From contig JAWXAQ010000035.1 in assembly GCA_034439575.1 (NCBI GenBank), positions 32,001-96,000 on the forward strand: 64,000 nucleotides of DNA, written 5' to 3'. The notes beneath the pieces were generated by a model that was not told the DNA's origin, did not search any database, and saw nothing but the letters and a program-made list of their open reading frames with translations. Shown here piece after piece: positions 60,803 to 64,000 of the stretch; positions within the stretch are counted from its first letter, which is position 1, and each line of letters opens with the position of its first letter. The translations under genes and the position numbers were made by a program. The DNA comes from Leptospira sp. (GTDB taxonomy: Bacteria > Spirochaetota > Leptospiria > Leptospirales > Leptospiraceae).

Positions 60803-60949
60803 ATGTTCTATCTCCTACTAGCACTTCTCCATGAGGATTTATCTTCAGGACGAATCGACTTCAAATCCTATACCGAAAATATTGAGTTGTTGGCATTGGA
60901 TCACCAAAGGATCAAAGAAAATCTCAGAACGACTAAAGTAGCAGCTTAA
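60803..60949 (+). CDS. Small hypothetical protein (48 aa)
   Basis: GGAGG RBS at 60794; MFYLLLALLHEDLSSGRIDF...TTKVAA. Confidence 0.6.
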   Translation: MFYLLLALLHEDLSSGRIDFKSYTENIELLALDHQRIKENLRTTKVAA

Positions 60950-61017
60950 AGCTCTATTTGAATCTAATCTTTCTTCTCTAATAATTATAGCAGGATGTAA
61001 TTCAGCATCCTAATGGG

Positions 61018-61041
61018 CAATTGTTGACAGTATAACAATTG
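61018..61041. promoter_or_regulatory. Inverted-repeat operator candidate overlapping a TTGACA hexamer
   Basis: caattgtt-N8-aacaattg. Confidence 0.45.
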
Positions 61042-61356
61042 TAATCTAAAAACTTTCTTAAAAAATATTTCTTGAAGTTCATTCATGTAAGCTCGGTCCG
61101 AAAAGCCAAAATCGCCTAATCACTATTAAACACCAAATAATCTATCATTCGGTATTTAAACTTCTCTAATATAAAGTGCAATTGATATTTAGAAAATAGA
61201 TATTTAAAATACTAAGACTGAAACGACGCCAGGAAATTTAATCTATTATAAATTTATATCCATTGGTTCTTAGCCCAAATCTTTGCATCAATTTTCTCCT
61301 TGTTTGCAGAAGTAGTTTTTCTAATGTATCAGAAAAACCAATCCTAGGATCATATA

Positions 61357-62526
61357 ATGACAACTGCAAAACTTCTCTCAAGTTTCAATGCTCAGTCTCA
61401 AAAATTTTTTTTGCAATTTGGAGGACAAGGCTCCCCTTACCTCAAGGAATTATCTAAACTATACCAAGAACCAGATCTTAAAGAATTCTTCGAAGTTACT
61501 TTTAAAACGACCGCAGAAATATTTACTCGTGAAAGTAAAAGTCCTTTCCTTAATGAAGGTTTTGATTTCAAAGCATGGGTAGAAAATCCAGATGCGGCTC
61601 CCTCAGAGGATTATTTAGCACGTGCACCAATTTCCGTTCCTGGTATTTTTATGACACAAATTGCCAATTATGTTTTAATCACCAAACGTGGCAATCCGAC
61701 ATCCGAATTAATCAAAGCTACAAGTGGCATCTCAGGTCATAGCCAAGGTGTAATTGCTGGTGCACTTGTTGGTCTCGGAAAAGAAGGTGCTGAATTTTTA
61801 AAAGCATACGCTGACTTTCTGAAATTTGTTTTTTATCTGGGATACAATGGCCAAAAAGTTTATCCTGACTTTTCGATACCAGCTGACGTAGCTCAGGCGA
61901 GTGAAGTAAACGCAGACAAAAATCCATCCCCTATGGTGGCTGTGATTGGCTATTCAAAAGATGAATTGGAATCGCGCGTGAAAGAAACAAATGAATCTCT
62001 TGGTTTGAAAGGACAAGATACCATATATATTTCTCTCTACAACACACCAGATTCTATGATCCTCTCTGGACTTCCCTCTTCTTTGGTAAAATTTCGCACA
62101 AAGTGGAAAGCGGAAATGGATGAAAAAAAATTCAAATTTGTTTTTTTAAAAACCACAGCTCCCTTCCATTGCCCATTTATGAATGAGTCTCTTCCTTTAT
62201 TTGAAAATGGTGATGCGAGTGTTGTTCCATTCCCGTATTCGGGAAGTGATTTAAAGGTTCCCGTTTATAGTATCTTCGATGGTCATAATTTACAAAAAGA
62301 TGGAAATCTAAGAAACATACTTTTTAAAATGGTACTTATCGAACCACTTTACTGGGATTTGGCGATTGCTCCTGTTTTCACAGACTCAATCCATGCTATC
62401 GTTGATTTTGGACCAAGCGTTGTCAGTCAAAGACTCACAGGCGGACATCTAAAAGCAAAAAACATAGAAAAACAATCTCTCTGTGCATCCAACGCTAAAG
62501 AATTAAAGGTTTTACTCGAAGTTTAA
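61357..62526 (+). CDS. ACP S-malonyl/acyltransferase resembling type I FAS acyltransferase domains
   Basis: FGGQG, GHSQG, ISLYN, APFH, DFGP. Confidence 0.85.
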   Translation: MTTAKLLSSFNAQSQKFFLQFGGQGSPYLKELSKLYQEPDLKEFFEVTFKTTAEIFTRESKSPFLNEGFDFKAWVENPDAAPSEDYLARAPISVPGIFMTQIANYVLITKRGNPTSELIKATSGISGHSQGVIAGALVGLGKEGAEFLKAYADFLKFVFYLGYNGQKVYPDFSIPADVAQASEVNADKNPSPMVAVIGYSKDELESRVKETNESLGLKGQDTIYISLYNTPDSMILSGLPSSLVKFRTKWKAEMDEKKFKFVFLKTTAPFHCPFMNESLPLFENGDASVVPFPYSGSDLKVPVYSIFDGHNLQKDGNLRNILFKMVLIEPLYWDLAIAPVFTDSIHAIVDFGPSVVSQRLTGGHLKAKNIEKQSLCASNAKELKVLLEV

Positions 62527-63473
62527 TGAATCCCTCAACGCTTCGTGCGGCATCCAAACTTAATTTGATCAGGATACTTTCCTCACATCCTGAAGGATTA
62601 AGTTTGGAAGAATTACAAAAAATTACAGGTCACAAAACAATCACCGAACTCAAAAAAGAGTTAGGTGAATTGTATATGATAGAAATGTATCCGTATTCGC
62701 CACAGGACTGCGTTGACATTGATTATGACGGTGAAAAAGTAAAAATCATACTTCCTATTGATGTAGATAAAATCCTACCTTTAAATCCGGATGAATGGAT
62801 TTTACTCAGACAAATGGTTTTATCAAATTTAAATTCTGATGAAACGAAGAACAAATCTATCATCGAATCCATTGTAAAAAAAATTGATTCGATCATTCCT
62901 TCGGGAAATTGGGAAACAAACCAAAAAGTAAAAACATTTCTCAAAGAAGCCATTCTCCATAAAACTAGTGTTACGATCAGTTATTGGAAAAGAGACAAAA
63001 AAGAAAAAGAAGATCGAATTGTACAACCTTGGCTTTTATGGGAAGAAAATGATTCTTATCTTCTGGCCTATGATCTCCAAAAAGAATCGTTTCGATCTTT
63101 TAGGTTAGATTGTATTTTATCTTGTATCAATGCAGAAAATAAATTTGTAGATTTGCCGAAGAACGCCAAAGATTGGTTAGAAGGTTTTACTCAGCTAATT
63201 TCTGCTGAACCAAAATCAAATGATGAATTGGCTAAACTTTATCTTACTGATGCCTCATCTTATCATTTGAGTCAAAAATTACCCCTGAAAGACTTATCCG
63301 AATCCAAAGTCATAGATGGAACTACCTATTATTTATATGAAGCACCCATACGCGAAGAAGTTTGGTTTATCAATACTATTTTAGGTTATGGTAAAAGCAT
63401 AATTGTCACTTCGCCTATCCATATGAAAGAAAAGATATTACAGCAGTTAAGCGACACTCTTTCTACCCTCTAA
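62526..63473 (+). CDS. WYL domain transcriptional regulator (PafC-like: wHTH-WYL-WCX)
   Basis: N-terminal HTH; R-x-V-x-P...SYLLAY...RSFRLD; ILGYG...VTSP. Confidence 0.88.
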   Translation: MNPSTLRAASKLNLIRILSSHPEGLSLEELQKITGHKTITELKKELGELYMIEMYPYSPQDCVDIDYDGEKVKIILPIDVDKILPLNPDEWILLRQMVLSNLNSDETKNKSIIESIVKKIDSIIPSGNWETNQKVKTFLKEAILHKTSVTISYWKRDKKEKEDRIVQPWLLWEENDSYLLAYDLQKESFRSFRLDCILSCINAENKFVDLPKNAKDWLEGFTQLISAEPKSNDELAKLYLTDASSYHLSQKLPLKDLSESKVIDGTTYYLYEAPIREEVWFINTILGYGKSIIVTSPIHMKEKILQQLSDTLSTL

Positions 63474-63485
63474 TAAAAAAATACG

Positions 63486-64000
63486 ATGTCCCTCTCTGTA
63501 GCAAAGATCAACTTAGGGCTTGACGTTCCGAGTAAGAGACCTGATGGATATCATGAAATCAGAAGTATATTTATTAGGACAGATTTTGGTGATGATTTTG
63601 ATTTTGAAAGTTTTCCTCTAAAAAACAATGAAGTACCAGAATTCCAATTGGTATCAATAAACCAACTGAATCCACAAAAAGCCACACTTTTCGAAGCAGT
63701 ATCAGAACGTGGTGATATTTCAAAAAATATTTTGACCAAAGCTTATTTAAAAATATTTCCCTACCTAAATGATAAAATCGGACTTAGAGTTCACCTAACA
63801 AAACGTATCCCTCCTGAAGGTGGCATAGGTGGAGGAAGTTCCAATGCAGGTAGCCTTCTGAAAGAATTGTTTCTTCTTACATCTTTAAATCCAATTGAGA
63901 AAAACCAATTGGCCAAATCGATAGGTGCCGATGTCCCTTTTTTTCTCCAAGACCAAAACTGCTTTGTTTCAGGAATCGGAGATATCTTAGAACCCATTAA
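63486..64000 (+). CDS. ispE: 4-diphosphocytidyl-2-C-methyl-D-erythritol kinase (partial, runs off the window)
   Basis: Manual translation AKINLGL...RPDGYHEI...KRIPPEGGIGGGSSNA...IGADVPFF. Confidence 0.93.
   Translation, partial: MSLSVAKINLGLDVPSKRPDGYHEIRSIFIRTDFGDDFDFESFPLKNNEVPEFQLVSINQLNPQKATLFEAVSERGDISKNILTKAYLKIFPYLNDKIGLRVHLTKRIPPEGGIGGGSSNAGSLLKELFLLTSLNPIEKNQLAKSIGADVPFFLQDQNCFVSGIGDILEPI

Noticed and set aside
323-63997. Numerous 60-170 aa antisense or alternate-frame ORFs in the track (e.g. 323-811, 3766-4197, 14500-14880, 32555-33061, 63791-63997)
   Set aside because: Shadow ORFs overlapping well-supported genes, without RBS or motifs

Overview
AT-rich chromosomal segment of a Leptospira-like spirochaete, identified by the flagellar coiling protein FcpA and a Leptospira-type gene set. 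From ~5.1 kb to the end it is mostly housekeeping: rpmH-rnpA-yidD-yidC-jag-mnmE, a DAHP synthase, panB/folK, fcpA, leuS, thrC, lepB, a PBP, prfB, purD, valS and a partial ispE. It also carries transporters, a MazF/PemK toxin-antitoxin pair and several small ORFs missed by the ORF track. The first 5 kb is an accessory locus built from at least three families of non-coding repeats: five 96-bp hairpin elements (B), three full ~95-140-bp structured elements plus remnants (A), and two ~200-bp AT-rich leaders (C). One B copy has a largely rewritten interior that keeps the same fold through compensatory changes, and all B copies show CsrA-type GGA motifs in loops. The repeats bracket cassette-like cargo: an Rpn (PD-(D/E)XK) nuclease gene with an internal RBS/ATG for a small RpnS-like protein, a probably truncated M15-type peptidase with a coupled SH3b protein, and a DUF1330/YdeI pair. 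The rnpA frame lacks a canonical start codon at its expected N-terminus. All calls come from reading the sequence and recognising motifs; no database searches were run.
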